64,000 nucleotides of DNA, from assembly GCA_964592785.1 (NCBI GenBank), contig CAZQHU010000004.1, positions 72-64,071 of the forward strand, written 5' to 3'. Below, piece after piece: positions 18,033 through 27,332 of the stretch (its first letter is position 1; each line of letters begins with the position of its first letter). The position numbers and the translations under genes are program-made. This DNA is from an uncultured Gammaproteobacteria bacterium. GTDB taxonomy: Bacteria; Patescibacteriota; Patescibacteriia; Magasanikbacterales; UBA922. The notes beneath the pieces are model-generated. The model saw only the letters and a list, made by a program, of their open reading frames with translations. It searched no databases and was not told the origin of the DNA.

Positions 18033-19463
18033 TTATTTAATATCTGTTTTAATTTTCAATTCTTTTAATTGTCCTTCACTAACTTCGGCAGGGGCTTCCA
18101 TCAGCAAATCTTTGGCATCAGCAGTAAGCGGAAAAGCAATTACTTCACGAATGGTATCTTCACTTTGCAAAATTGATAATAATCGATCAAAACCAGGCGC
18201 CATACCACCATGAGGTGGAACACCATAAGTAAAAGCCTCTAATAAATGATTGAAATCCTGTTTTTGTTTTTCATCAAAACCAATAAGATCAAAAACTTTT
18301 TCCTGAATTCCCCTATCATAAATACGTAAAGCCCCCCCACCCACTTCAATACCATTTAAAACCAAATCATGCTGATATGATTTCACTTTACCGGGATCAG
18401 AATCTAAAAAATGTAAATCCTCATCTTTTGGTCTAGTAAACATGTTGTGAGATGGCGCCCAAGCTCCTTCTGAACCGTGGAAATGGTCTTCGGAGTTTTT
18501 ATCTTTGGCTTGCTCTTGAAACAAAGGAAAATTTACCACAAAAGCAAAAGCTAATTCATCTTTGTCATCCTTATTTTTTCTCAAATCAGGTTTATCTGTA
18601 CCATATTTATCCATCACCTCTTTCCAGTCTAACCTTGGCCATTTATCAAAAGTCATTTTCTTTTCTGGCCACAATTCTCTTATCATTTTTGTAAACATTT
18701 CTTCTACTAACTGCAAAATATCCTCTTGTTCTACAAAACTCATCTCCATATCAACTTGATAAAATTCTCCTGGCGAACGATCAGCCCGGGCATCTTCATC
18801 ACGAAAACAAGGCGCAATTTGAAAATATTTTTCCATACCAGCGACCATGAGCAATTGTTTATATTGCTGTGGAGCTTGTGGTAAAGCAAAAAATTTACCC
18901 GGAAATTTACGAGAAGGTACTAAATAATCTCTAGCTCCTTCTGGTGTAGATTTGGATAGTATGGGAGTATGAATTTCCTTGAAATCCTGACTATGTAAAT
19001 AATTACGTACAAAATTCATCATCTGAGAACGCATTACCAGATTATTTTTCATTCTCTCCGAACGTAAATCCAAATAACGATATTTTAATCGTAACTCTTC
19101 ATTAATTACTTTAGTATCTTTATCAATTTCAAAGGGCGGAGTTTTACATTCATTCAAAACTTTTATTTCTTTCGCCAAAATTTCTACTTTGCCAGTTGGC
19201 ATATCTGGATTTTGTTGTTTTTCACCACGTGCTTGAACCAAACCTCGAATCTCTACCACCCACTCTGGACGAATACGAATAAGTTCGCCTTGTGATGTTT
19301 CATTGATTTCAGCTGGAACGCCCACAACCTGAACAATACCTTTCATGTCGCGTAGATCTAAAAAAGCAATCTTACCCATATTGCGCCTGGCATTCACCCA
19401 ACCCTTGAGTAAAACTTCTTGACCCACCAAATTGGCGGTTTCTATTGAATAGATTCTGTTCAT
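18033..19463 (-). CDS. aspS: Aspartate--tRNA ligase, short form lacking most of the GAD insertion
   Basis: LRLKYRYLDLR, STPEGARDY, LPQAPQQYKQLLM, CFRDED, YGTDKPD, PPHGG. Confidence 0.95.
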   Translation of the reverse strand: MNRIYSIETANLVGQEVLLKGWVNARRNMGKIAFLDLRDMKGIVQVVGVPAEINETSQGELIRIRPEWVVEIRGLVQARGEKQQNPDMPTGKVEILAKEIKVLNECKTPPFEIDKDTKVINEELRLKYRYLDLRSERMKNNLVMRSQMMNFVRNYLHSQDFKEIHTPILSKSTPEGARDYLVPSRKFPGKFFALPQAPQQYKQLLMVAGMEKYFQIAPCFRDEDARADRSPGEFYQVDMEMSFVEQEDILQLVEEMFTKMIRELWPEKKMTFDKWPRLDWKEVMDKYGTDKPDLRKNKDDKDELAFAFVVNFPLFQEQAKDKNSEDHFHGSEGAWAPSHNMFTRPKDEDLHFLDSDPGKVKSYQHDLVLNGIEVGGGALRIYDRGIQEKVFDLIGFDEKQKQDFNHLLEAFTYGVPPHGGMAPGFDRLLSILQSEDTIREVIAFPLTADAKDLLMEAPAEVSEGQLKELKIKTDIK

Positions 19464-19634
19464 AAATAAACCTAAAATAAGTTAGAAATATAGTAATATT
19501 TTAGCAAAAATAATTAATTTTGGCAATAAAAATGGAAGACCCCCGTCCTGACGTGAAGTCGGAACGAGGGTCTATTTTACACCTCCCTTTTGAAAACCAA
19601 ATGATCAGATATCGAACAAATTTTCACTTTCCTA

Positions 19635-20462
19635 TCAACCCAGGGTCACCACCCCCAGAGCCAGACAACCAAGATCGTCTTCGCTCGAGTCATCAAAACG
19701 CCAAATACAATCAAGGCCACCCTGGGCATCACGTCTCAAACTGAAATGCTGAGCATCATCAAACTTGGTACTGGTTCGCACGTACTTACCTTGGAGTGGC
19801 TGTGGTTCGCCAGTAATGAACTCATGGCTCTGGATGACGAGAGTGCCCAGAGACACGCTGCCATGGATAAGCTTGAAGTTCAAACCCAATTTCTGACCAA
19901 CAGTAGCAAGCAGATCTTTCTGCTCCTTCAAGGTTTTCCCGATACTGCCAGGCAACACGAACGGTGCACCAATGATGAGATGTCTGCCTTTTCCACGAAG
20001 CTCATTGGGGAGACTGCCGTGGGCAAACAACCTCATAAGATTCAAGTTATTGTGGCAGGGACCACAATACTTGGATGCCACCTGCACGTTGAACGGTAGA
20101 TGGAATTCCGTATCCACGAAACGTACGATGGGGGTGACCGGTTGTACACCATTGTCCGCGACAAAATCCCGCATGTGGCGCAAGTTCCCAGAAAGCCAGT
20201 TTGGCACACCTGGTAATTCCCCAATATCCAAATCTCTAAGTGGCTTGACAAACATGGACAAAGTCTCACCACGGAATCTACGCTCCACATTCATGGATGC
20301 GACTTGTAAGGCAGTGGGCGAAACGGTGACGAGATTTCTGGCTTGCAGATCACGAGCCACCCCCCAGTTACCCATCAACCAGTCGAACACTCGTTCGGCT
20401 TCCTCTGGTTTCTGCCTATCAATCCTTGCCAATTCATGGAAACTTCTTGGAAACAGTGACAT
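19635..20462 (-). CDS. Hypothetical protein (GC-elevated orphan cassette)
   Basis: 275-aa ORF with AGGAGG RBS, own promoter and a downstream hairpin. Confidence 0.7.
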   Translation of the reverse strand: MSLFPRSFHELARIDRQKPEEAERVFDWLMGNWGVARDLQARNLVTVSPTALQVASMNVERRFRGETLSMFVKPLRDLDIGELPGVPNWLSGNLRHMRDFVADNGVQPVTPIVRFVDTEFHLPFNVQVASKYCGPCHNNLNLMRLFAHGSLPNELRGKGRHLIIGAPFVLPGSIGKTLKEQKDLLATVGQKLGLNFKLIHGSVSLGTLVIQSHEFITGEPQPLQGKYVRTSTKFDDAQHFSLRRDAQGGLDCIWRFDDSSEDDLGCLALGVVTLG

Positions 20463-20668
20463 CTTGGTTTCCTCCTGCCAACAAGCAATTCATCTTGGCA
20501 AAAAACGCCAGCCCGGCATTTCCCCCCAAAGATGGTAAACTTGTTAGCAAATTGCCGGAGACCTCCCCCGACTTCTTGTCTTAAAATTAACACTTTTTTG
20601 AATTTTTGTCAATACAAAAAAATCGCTTAATTAAGCGATTTTTTTAATAATTTCCCAATTTCCTAATT

Positions 20669-21736
20669 CTATAATTTCTTCAATTTCACCACAAAAAATC
20701 CTTCAATCTCCTTTGTCGGCATTATCCGCAAAGCTTTTTTCTGTACATCTTTATTTACTTCTTTATTCTTCCAGTTTTTAACGACTGACAGACGTTTCAT
20801 TTCTCCCAAATCAATATCAAGTAAACTACAATCTGGATTGCGTTCCATAAATTTTGTTATCTGCAATTCATTTTCTTCCGGGGAAAAAGTGCAAGTAGAA
20901 TACACTAGTGTTCCGCCGGGCTTAAGCGCGCTCCAGGCGGCGAGAAGAAGCTGCCACTGTTTATATGCCATTTCTTTTATTTTTTGTTCTTTCCAATAAC
21001 CATAAGTTTTAGAATCACCCTCTATAAATCTCGCTTCGGCACTGCACGGTGCGTCAAGAAGAATTTTATCAAAATATTCTGGGTACTCACGGGTCAAAGC
21101 TGCACCGTGTTCCATGCGGAGGATAAATTGCCAGTCGTCATTCTGAGCGGATCCGCCTATTGGCGGAGGAGTCGAAGAATCCCATTCATCTTCGACGAGA
21201 TCCTTCGACTGTGTCCCTTTGGGACTTTGCTCAGGATGACGGAATACTCCCAACACTTCCATATTGTGTTTCAGTTTGAAAAAACGAATCTTATTATTGT
21301 CATTCGCCACTAATTCCCCTGTTCCGCCCATCAACGCTGCAATTTGCGAAGTTTTACTACCTGGAGCAGCTGTGAGATCCAAAACCTTCTCCCCTGGCTG
21401 AGGATCCAATATCAATGGTGGCACCATACTGGCCAAACTTTGGATATAAATTTTACCTTCTTTGTAAATTTCCAAATCTGTCAATTCACGTTTTGATTTA
21501 TTTTTTAAAATGAAAGCATCTTTGTACCAAAGTACTCGTTCAAATTTAAAACCATTTTGATTTAAAATTTCTATTATATCTTCCTTTTTTGTTTTCAAAG
21601 TATTAATTCTAAAAGTTGTCGGTCGTTCTGTAAAAGTTGATTGTATTTGAATAGATAAAGAAGAACCCACAATTTCAGTGAGTCTTTCTAAAAATCTTTT
21701 GGGAATACCAGATAGTTGTTTTCTATTTTTCTTCAT
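20669..21736 (-). CDS. RsmB/RsmF (NOL1/NOP2/Sun) RNA m5C methyltransferase
   Basis: YIQSLASM, VLDLTAAPGSKT, ILLDAPCS, LVYSTCT, EGFFV; REP-derived insert. Confidence 0.93.
   Translation of the reverse strand: MKKNRKQLSGIPKRFLERLTEIVGSSLSIQIQSTFTERPTTFRINTLKTKKEDIIEILNQNGFKFERVLWYKDAFILKNKSKRELTDLEIYKEGKIYIQSLASMVPPLILDPQPGEKVLDLTAAPGSKTSQIAALMGGTGELVANDNNKIRFFKLKHNMEVLGVFRHPEQSPKGTQSKDLVEDEWDSSTPPPIGGSAQNDDWQFILRMEHGAALTREYPEYFDKILLDAPCSAEARFIEGDSKTYGYWKEQKIKEMAYKQWQLLLAAWSALKPGGTLVYSTCTFSPEENELQITKFMERNPDCSLLDIDLGEMKRLSVVKNWKNKEVNKDVQKKALRIMPTKEIEGFFVVKLKKL
21137..21240. repeat. REP-like doublet inserted in-frame in the RsmF-family gene
   Basis: GTCATTCTGAGC...GTCGAAGAATCCC ... AGATCCTTCGAC...GCTCAGGATGAC. 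Confidence 0.85.
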
Positions 21737-21737
21737 A

Positions 21738-21815
21738 TAGAACACAGATTTAACGAATTTAACGGATACAAACGAATCTGTTAAAATTCGTTCAATCCGT
21801 TTAATTCGTGTTCTA
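21738..21815. repeat. Inverted pair of ~9-bp tandem arrays, intergenic
   Basis: tagaacacagatttaacgaatttaacggat ... attcgttcaatccgtttaattcgtgttcta. Confidence 0.7.
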
Positions 21816-21819
21816 TAAT

Positions 21820-23115
21820 TTAAGGCTTCAATCTATTAATCGTCCTAGGAAAGGTAATACACTCACGAATATGCTCCGTACCAGAAATCCAGCGTACTGC
21901 TCGCTCTACACCTATACCAAAACCAGCATGAGGGACTGAACCATATTTACGCAAATCTGTGTACCATTCATAATCTTTTTCACTAAGGCCTTCGTGACGA
22001 ATGCGCTCCATAAGTAAATCAAAATCATCTTCACGCTGACTGCCACCAATCAATTCCCCGGCTCCTTCAATACCAATCAGATCATCATTTAAAACCCGAG
22101 AATTATCCTCTGGATCAATCTTCATATAAAATGGTTTGATACTCTTAGGCCATTTTTCAATAAAAACAGGAACATCACTATCTTTGGTAAGGAGACCCTC
22201 ATCATCATTCCCCAAATCTTCACCATGTTTAATATCACTGCCAAGTTCATTTAATTTTTTAATCGCCTCATCATAAGTATAACGAACAAAAGATTTGTTC
22301 AAAAGTTTTTCCAAAGGTGCCGGATCACGTTCCAAAATCTTAAATTCTTGTTGACAATTATCTAAACACTTCTTAACTATGGCTTTGACCAAACCTTCTT
22401 GCCAACGTAAATTATCCTCATGCCCAGCAAAAGCGGCCTCGGCATCCATCATCCAAAATTCTGTTAAGTGACGTTTGGTGGCTGATTTCTCTGCCCTAAA
22501 TACTGGACCAAAGTCATAACACCGGCCAACACTGGCGATGGCAGCTTCAATATACAGTTGCCCAGACTGAGATAAATAAGCATCCCCTAAATCAAAATAT
22601 GGTACAGGAAAAAGCGTGGTAGTACCTTCACAAGCATTGGGAGTGAAAATTGGTGAGTCAGTACGAATAAAGCCTTCACTATGCAAATATTCATTGATGG
22701 CTGTTTCTACAGTATCGCGAATCCGTAAAATCGCCCACTGTCTTTTGGAACGAAGCCAGAGATGACGATTATCCATAAGAAAATCTGGTCCATGCTCCTT
22801 GTTAGCTATAGGGTAATCAACGGCTAATTGGATAAGATTATAGCTTTTAGCTTGTAGCTCATAGACTCCGTCCTGTTTTGGATGCTTTGAAACAATACCA
22901 GATATTTCAATTGATGATTCCTGAGTAATTTTTTCCACAGACGACCAAACTTCTTCGCTAACTTCTTTTTTACTTACTACACACTGGATAAATCCACTAC
23001 CATCACGAAGTTCCAAAAAAGCAATAGAACCACTGGACCGGCTATTGCTCACCCAACCACGCAAGGTGACCTCCTGATCTACAAACCCAGATAAATCTTT
23101 GATAAATGTTTGCAT
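21820..23115 (-). CDS. asnS: Asparagine--tRNA ligase
   Basis: FLELRDGSG, RHLWLR, YLSQSGQLY, FRAEKS, HLTEFWM, GGSQRE, YGSVPHAGFGIGVER. Confidence 0.93.
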   Translation of the reverse strand: MQTFIKDLSGFVDQEVTLRGWVSNSRSSGSIAFLELRDGSGFIQCVVSKKEVSEEVWSSVEKITQESSIEISGIVSKHPKQDGVYELQAKSYNLIQLAVDYPIANKEHGPDFLMDNRHLWLRSKRQWAILRIRDTVETAINEYLHSEGFIRTDSPIFTPNACEGTTTLFPVPYFDLGDAYLSQSGQLYIEAAIASVGRCYDFGPVFRAEKSATKRHLTEFWMMDAEAAFAGHEDNLRWQEGLVKAIVKKCLDNCQQEFKILERDPAPLEKLLNKSFVRYTYDEAIKKLNELGSDIKHGEDLGNDDEGLLTKDSDVPVFIEKWPKSIKPFYMKIDPEDNSRVLNDDLIGIEGAGELIGGSQREDDFDLLMERIRHEGLSEKDYEWYTDLRKYGSVPHAGFGIGVERAVRWISGTEHIRECITFPRTINRLKP

Positions 23116-23279
23116 AAAATTTTGTAATCCTCCCTCTCTTTGGGAAAGAGATTAAAGTGGGTTAATATTAACAATAAATACTAACTCTTCCACCCCTTTG
23201 ATAGACCCTCCAACAAGGTGAAAATTATTTAAATTTTAACAAATTTTGCTTATTTTAGCAAGTTTATAAGAAGTTAAAA

Positions 23280-24254
23280 TTATTTAATAAAAATATTAAA
23301 TAAATAACCAATAATAATAATATTCACTGTGGTAATGGTAAAAAAATAGACCAATAACTTTATTTTCATGACTTTTTTAAGAATTAAAGCTTCTGGCAAA
23401 GATAAGCCAACCACTGCCATCATAAAAGCCAGGGCTGTACCAAGCGGTATACCTTTTTCCACAAGTGATTGCATAATTGGAATAACACCAACCGCGTTGG
23501 CATACATCGGTACCCCCAAAACTGTCGCCAAAGGTACCGCAAAAATATTTTCTGCTGTAATATAATGTTCAAAAAAACCGGCTGGCACAAAACCATGAAT
23601 AGCCGCCCCCACTGCCACACCTAAAAATACATAAAAAATAATTTTTCTAGTTAATTGCCAACCTTCCTTCCAAAATATTTTCAATAAATTTTTCCATGAA
23701 TCTTTTTTGGATTCAAGCTCTAATTTTTTACCCCTAATCTGCCAAACATAATCAGCCACATATTTTTCTAATTTTAATTTACCAATGATAAAACCACCTA
23801 CTACACCGAGAAGAATAGCGGAAATCACATATAAAATAGTTATTTTCCAACCAAATAAACTGACAAACAATACTACCGCTACCTGATTGACCAAGGGCGA
23901 AGTAATGAGAAATGACATTGTCACCCCAAGCGGTATACCAGCCTCCAAAAAACCAATAAAAAGTGGGATAGAAGAACAAGAACAAAAAGGGGTGACCGTG
24001 CCAAAAAATGAGGCAAGAAAATGGTCCATACCATACCAACGACGTGAAGCAAGAAAATCTCGTAATTTTTCCACTGGTAAATAATAACGAATAATGGCCA
24101 TTAAATAATTGACAATTACCAGTAAAATAACAATTTTAAAAAAATCGTAAATAAAATAATGTACTGAATCAGCCAGATGAGTATTTTGAGTCAATCCCAA
24201 AAGACCATAAACCAACCAATCGGAAAATAATTTAATAGGATAAAACATATACAA
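23280..24254 (-). CDS. DUF318/ArsP-family permease
   Basis: TPFCSCSSIPLF, SPLVN, GVPMY, VGLSLPE. Confidence 0.9.
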   Translation of the reverse strand: MYMFYPIKLFSDWLVYGLLGLTQNTHLADSVHYFIYDFFKIVILLVIVNYLMAIIRYYLPVEKLRDFLASRRWYGMDHFLASFFGTVTPFCSCSSIPLFIGFLEAGIPLGVTMSFLITSPLVNQVAVVLFVSLFGWKITILYVISAILLGVVGGFIIGKLKLEKYVADYVWQIRGKKLELESKKDSWKNLLKIFWKEGWQLTRKIIFYVFLGVAVGAAIHGFVPAGFFEHYITAENIFAVPLATVLGVPMYANAVGVIPIMQSLVEKGIPLGTALAFMMAVVGLSLPEALILKKVMKIKLLVYFFTITTVNIIIIGYLFNIFIK

Positions 24255-24560
24255 TTAACATTGACCTCCACAAGCGCAGCCCCCGGATTTTATCGGACCA
24301 TTTCCAATTTTCGTTTTATCTGATTTTGTTTCAGACAACATTTCTTTAATTTCTTGAACGCTTAAAATTTTTCCATAGCTCACGACTTCTTCATCCACCA
24401 CCAAAGCTGGAAAACCCATAATCCCATAATTCATAATCAAACCAATATCTGTCACTTTTTCAATAATAGCTTGAAATTCAAGCTCTTCCACAGCTTTTTG
24501 GACATTATTTTCCAATCTCTGACAATTGGAACAACCTGAACCCAAAATTTTAATTATCAT
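24255..24560 (-). CDS. Small thioredoxin-like redox-active disulfide protein (MTH895-type) with Cys-rich tail
   Basis: IKILGSGCSNC, YGIMGFPALVVD, GGCACGGQC. Confidence 0.88.
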   Translation of the reverse strand: MIIKILGSGCSNCQRLENNVQKAVEELEFQAIIEKVTDIGLIMNYGIMGFPALVVDEEVVSYGKILSVQEIKEMLSETKSDKTKIGNGPIKSGGCACGGQC

Positions 24561-24686
24561 AGCATTTAAGGTTTAAAAAAAGCAATTATTATTGAATCTA
24601 ATATATAACAAAGGTCAACTTAAAACAAATGTGGATAATTGGATTGGCTGCCAGGGCAGGATTTGAACCTGCGATATCCTCGTTAA

Positions 24687-24793
24687 CCCGCCTACCAATC
24701 GCCTTGCTCTCCCGGTAGGATTTGAACCTACAACATCTGCATTAACAGTGCAGTGTTCTACCAATTGAACTACAGGAGAGCATGGCGGGCAGG
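24687..24793. mobile_element. tRNA-carrying miniature inverted-repeat element (107 nt)
   Basis: Ends CCCGCCTACC / GGCGGGCAGG enclose the inner tRNA-Asn. Confidence 0.7.
24707..24779 (-). tRNA. Inner tRNA-Asn(GTT), complete, followed by CAA rather than CCA
   Basis: TCTCCTG-TA-GTTCAATTGGTAGAAC-A-CTGCA-CT-GTT-AA-TGCAG-ATGTT-GTAGG-TTCAAAT-CCTAC-CGGGAGA-G. Confidence 0.93.
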
Positions 24794-24989
24794 CAGCGAG
24801 GCGTTGTACCACTCAACTACCCGGCAATTAAAAAACCCGCTTCTACGGCGGGGTAATTATCTATTATATGAAAAACTACACCTCACCGTTTGAGAGTCAA
24901 CAAATTATTATTGTTATTTAAATGCAGTTTCATACAAAATCATTATAACACATTTAATAAACTATGTCAATATTGGTGTTAATTAGTGT

Positions 24990-25523
24990 TTAAATTAGTG
25001 TTCCCCAATCCCCCACTTTCCTGTCAGTATGATGAATTAAAAATTTATAAATAAAATTATGATCAGGATTTTTATTTATTTCCAAAATATCGTACCCCAA
25101 ACAATGCAGCAATTTGACAACATAATTATCTACTAGCTCAGAGCTAACAGCTGTTAGCTTGTAGCTTTCTAAAATTTTTAGCCATTCCAACGTCAAATCA
25201 AATATACTCTCATCTTTCTCACCTTCATGCAAAACTTTATCAAGTAAACTCATCACATAACCAGCAACTAAACTTTTTTGTAAATCTTGCCTAATGTTTA
25301 CAAAATAATTTATTGACTGGACAGTGCCCAAATGTGATAGTTCTTTGCCAGAAATTATTTCTGCCTCCACTAAAGAAAACGGCTCAAGATGAGCCGAATT
25401 TTTACTAGTTATTTTTTTTACTCCTCGTACCAAAACTTCCAATTTCCCTTTTTCTAGAGTGTACAAAGAAATAATCTGATCATTTTCCCGAAAATCACGA
25501 CGAGAGAGGATAAAAGATTTCAT
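24990..25523 (-). CDS. recO: DNA repair protein RecO (short)
   Basis: FILSRRDFRENDQIISLYTLEKGKL...GVKKITSK...LEPFS. Confidence 0.9.
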   Translation of the reverse strand: MKSFILSRRDFRENDQIISLYTLEKGKLEVLVRGVKKITSKNSAHLEPFSLVEAEIISGKELSHLGTVQSINYFVNIRQDLQKSLVAGYVMSLLDKVLHEGEKDESIFDLTLEWLKILESYKLTAVSSELVDNYVVKLLHCLGYDILEINKNPDHNFIYKFLIHHTDRKVGDWGTLI

Positions 25524-25531
25524 ACAATAAT

Positions 25532-26890
25532 TTACATCAAAAACCAACTAGCAATACTAAAATAAACCAAGATACCGCCAATATCTGAAATTGAAGCGAT
25601 CAATGGTCCACTGGCAGTAGCAGGATCTTTTTTAAATTTGGTAAGTATAAAAGGTAAAGAAGCACCTATCACACTACCTAAAACAACTATAGAAATCATG
25701 GACAAAGCTACCACCCACACCAACTCTATACCACCTCTAGCAAAGCCCAACAAAGCTACACCCGCACCCATGGTAACACCCAAAAGACCAGAAACCAAAA
25801 CTTCTTTGCCAATCATTTTGAACCAATCACTAACTCTAACATCACCTGTGCCCAAACCACGAATAACCAAAGTAGCTGCCTGAGAACCAGCATTACCACC
25901 GCTACCAATAAGCAGAGGCAAGAAGAATACTAACTTTACCACGTGGCTAATGATATCTTCAAAATGTGCCAAAGCGGCCCCAGAAAAAACATTCATAAAA
26001 ACCAAAATTAAGAGCCACCAGATACGTCTTTTGTAAAGAAAAGTTGCCGGAGCATCCAAAATATTTCCAATATAAACCGAATCACCCACGCGCGAACTCA
26101 AACCAGCAATCTTATGAAAATCCTCAGTCACCTCTTCTTCTTCAATATCCATCAAATCATCGACAGTAACTATACCCAATAAAACATCATCCGAATCAAC
26201 CACTGGTAAAGCCACTCGATTGTATTTTTTAATCAACCTAACAGCATTTTCTTGATCATCAGTAGCCAAAATTTTCTGCAAATGAAAATCACCAATTATT
26301 TCACTTACCTTTTTCCCCGGTTCAGCTAAAATAAGCTTATGCAATTTGATTTCATTAAGTAACTTGCCCTGACTGTCAACAATATAAACAATATCTGCTG
26401 TTTCGCTTTTTTTGGCATTTTTTTTAATATGTTGTAAAGTCTCCTCTACTGTCCATTCTGGTCTAATAGAAATATAATCTGGAGTCATCACTCTACCAAC
26501 ACTATCAGGAGGATAACCCAATAAGTGACGAGTTTCTTTTAAATCTTCTGGGGACAATAAAACAAAAATTCTTTTGGTTACTTCGGCGGGCAATTCTTCG
26601 AAAAGTTCTGTTCTATCATCAGGAGACATGTCTTCCAAAAGCATGGCCGTCTCTTCTTTTGTTAAGGCTTGCAACAAATCATCCTGCTCATCCGGATCTA
26701 GATAAGAAAAAACTTTAGCAGAAAATTTTCTTGGCAAAGAACGAAAAATCAGCGGTCTAAAACTAGAATCAATTTCTTTGAGCAGTTCGGCTGCTTCAGA
26801 AGCATGTAGTAGAGAAATATATTTTTTTATCTGTAACCAACTCTTTTTTTCTATCATTTCCTTCACTTTATCAATAGGATGACGACTCAT
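25532..26890 (-). CDS. mgtE: Magnesium transporter MgtE
   Basis: MgtE_N, CBS pair, GSGGNAGSQ, DPATASGP...D. Confidence 0.96.
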   Translation of the reverse strand: MSRHPIDKVKEMIEKKSWLQIKKYISLLHASEAAELLKEIDSSFRPLIFRSLPRKFSAKVFSYLDPDEQDDLLQALTKEETAMLLEDMSPDDRTELFEELPAEVTKRIFVLLSPEDLKETRHLLGYPPDSVGRVMTPDYISIRPEWTVEETLQHIKKNAKKSETADIVYIVDSQGKLLNEIKLHKLILAEPGKKVSEIIGDFHLQKILATDDQENAVRLIKKYNRVALPVVDSDDVLLGIVTVDDLMDIEEEEVTEDFHKIAGLSSRVGDSVYIGNILDAPATFLYKRRIWWLLILVFMNVFSGAALAHFEDIISHVVKLVFFLPLLIGSGGNAGSQAATLVIRGLGTGDVRVSDWFKMIGKEVLVSGLLGVTMGAGVALLGFARGGIELVWVVALSMISIVVLGSVIGASLPFILTKFKKDPATASGPLIASISDIGGILVYFSIASWFLM

Positions 26891-26894
26891 ATAA

Positions 26895-27275
26895 TTATTT
26901 TTTATCTAAATAATTTTGTAAAATAACCATGGCTGCTTTTTCATCACGACTTATAGTACCACCCATCTGATCTGCCAAACGCGAAGTAAATCTCTCATCC
27001 AGTAATTCTGTTTCCACCCCGCATAAGGCCGAGAGCTTTTCAGCAAAAAGTCTCACCCTATCAGTATTATCATTTTCTTCACCTTTGAGACCTAGGGGTA
27101 GCCCGATGATAATCTTATCAATCTTTCTTTCTTCAACAAGTCTTTTTATTTTCTCCCGTTTCAGACGATCATCACTACCGGCAATTTGACCTAAAGGCAA
27201 AACTAAATCCAAACCAGTCTGTGCAAAAGCCAAACCAATTTTCTTTTTACCATAATCAATGGCTAATATATTCAT
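26895..27275 (-). CDS. yqgF: YqgF/RuvX pre-16S rRNA nuclease
   Basis: LAIDYGKKKIGLA, IGLP, DERFTS, AAMVILQ. Confidence 0.93.
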   Translation of the reverse strand: MNILAIDYGKKKIGLAFAQTGLDLVLPLGQIAGSDDRLKREKIKRLVEERKIDKIIIGLPLGLKGEENDNTDRVRLFAEKLSALCGVETELLDERFTSRLADQMGGTISRDEKAAMVILQNYLDKK

Positions 27276-27332
27276 AATAAAAATTCAAAACGCAAAACTC
27301 AAAAATAAAAACTTAATCTAAAAACTTTCCAA

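Larger units (their letters stand above)
24645..24826 (-). tRNA. Outer tRNA-Asn(GTT), split in the anticodon by a 107-nt insert
   Basis: Exons 24794-24826 and 24645-24686 join to TGCCGGG-TA-GTTGAGTGGTACAAC-G-CCTCG-CT-G^TT-AA-CGAGG-ATATC-GCAGG-TTCAAAT-CCTGC-CCTGGCA-G-CCA; all stems pair. Confidence 0.88.

Noticed and set aside
24687-24793. Group I intron in tRNA-Asn
   Set aside because: Only ~34 nt lie outside the inner tRNA, leaving no room for a P3-P9 catalytic core.
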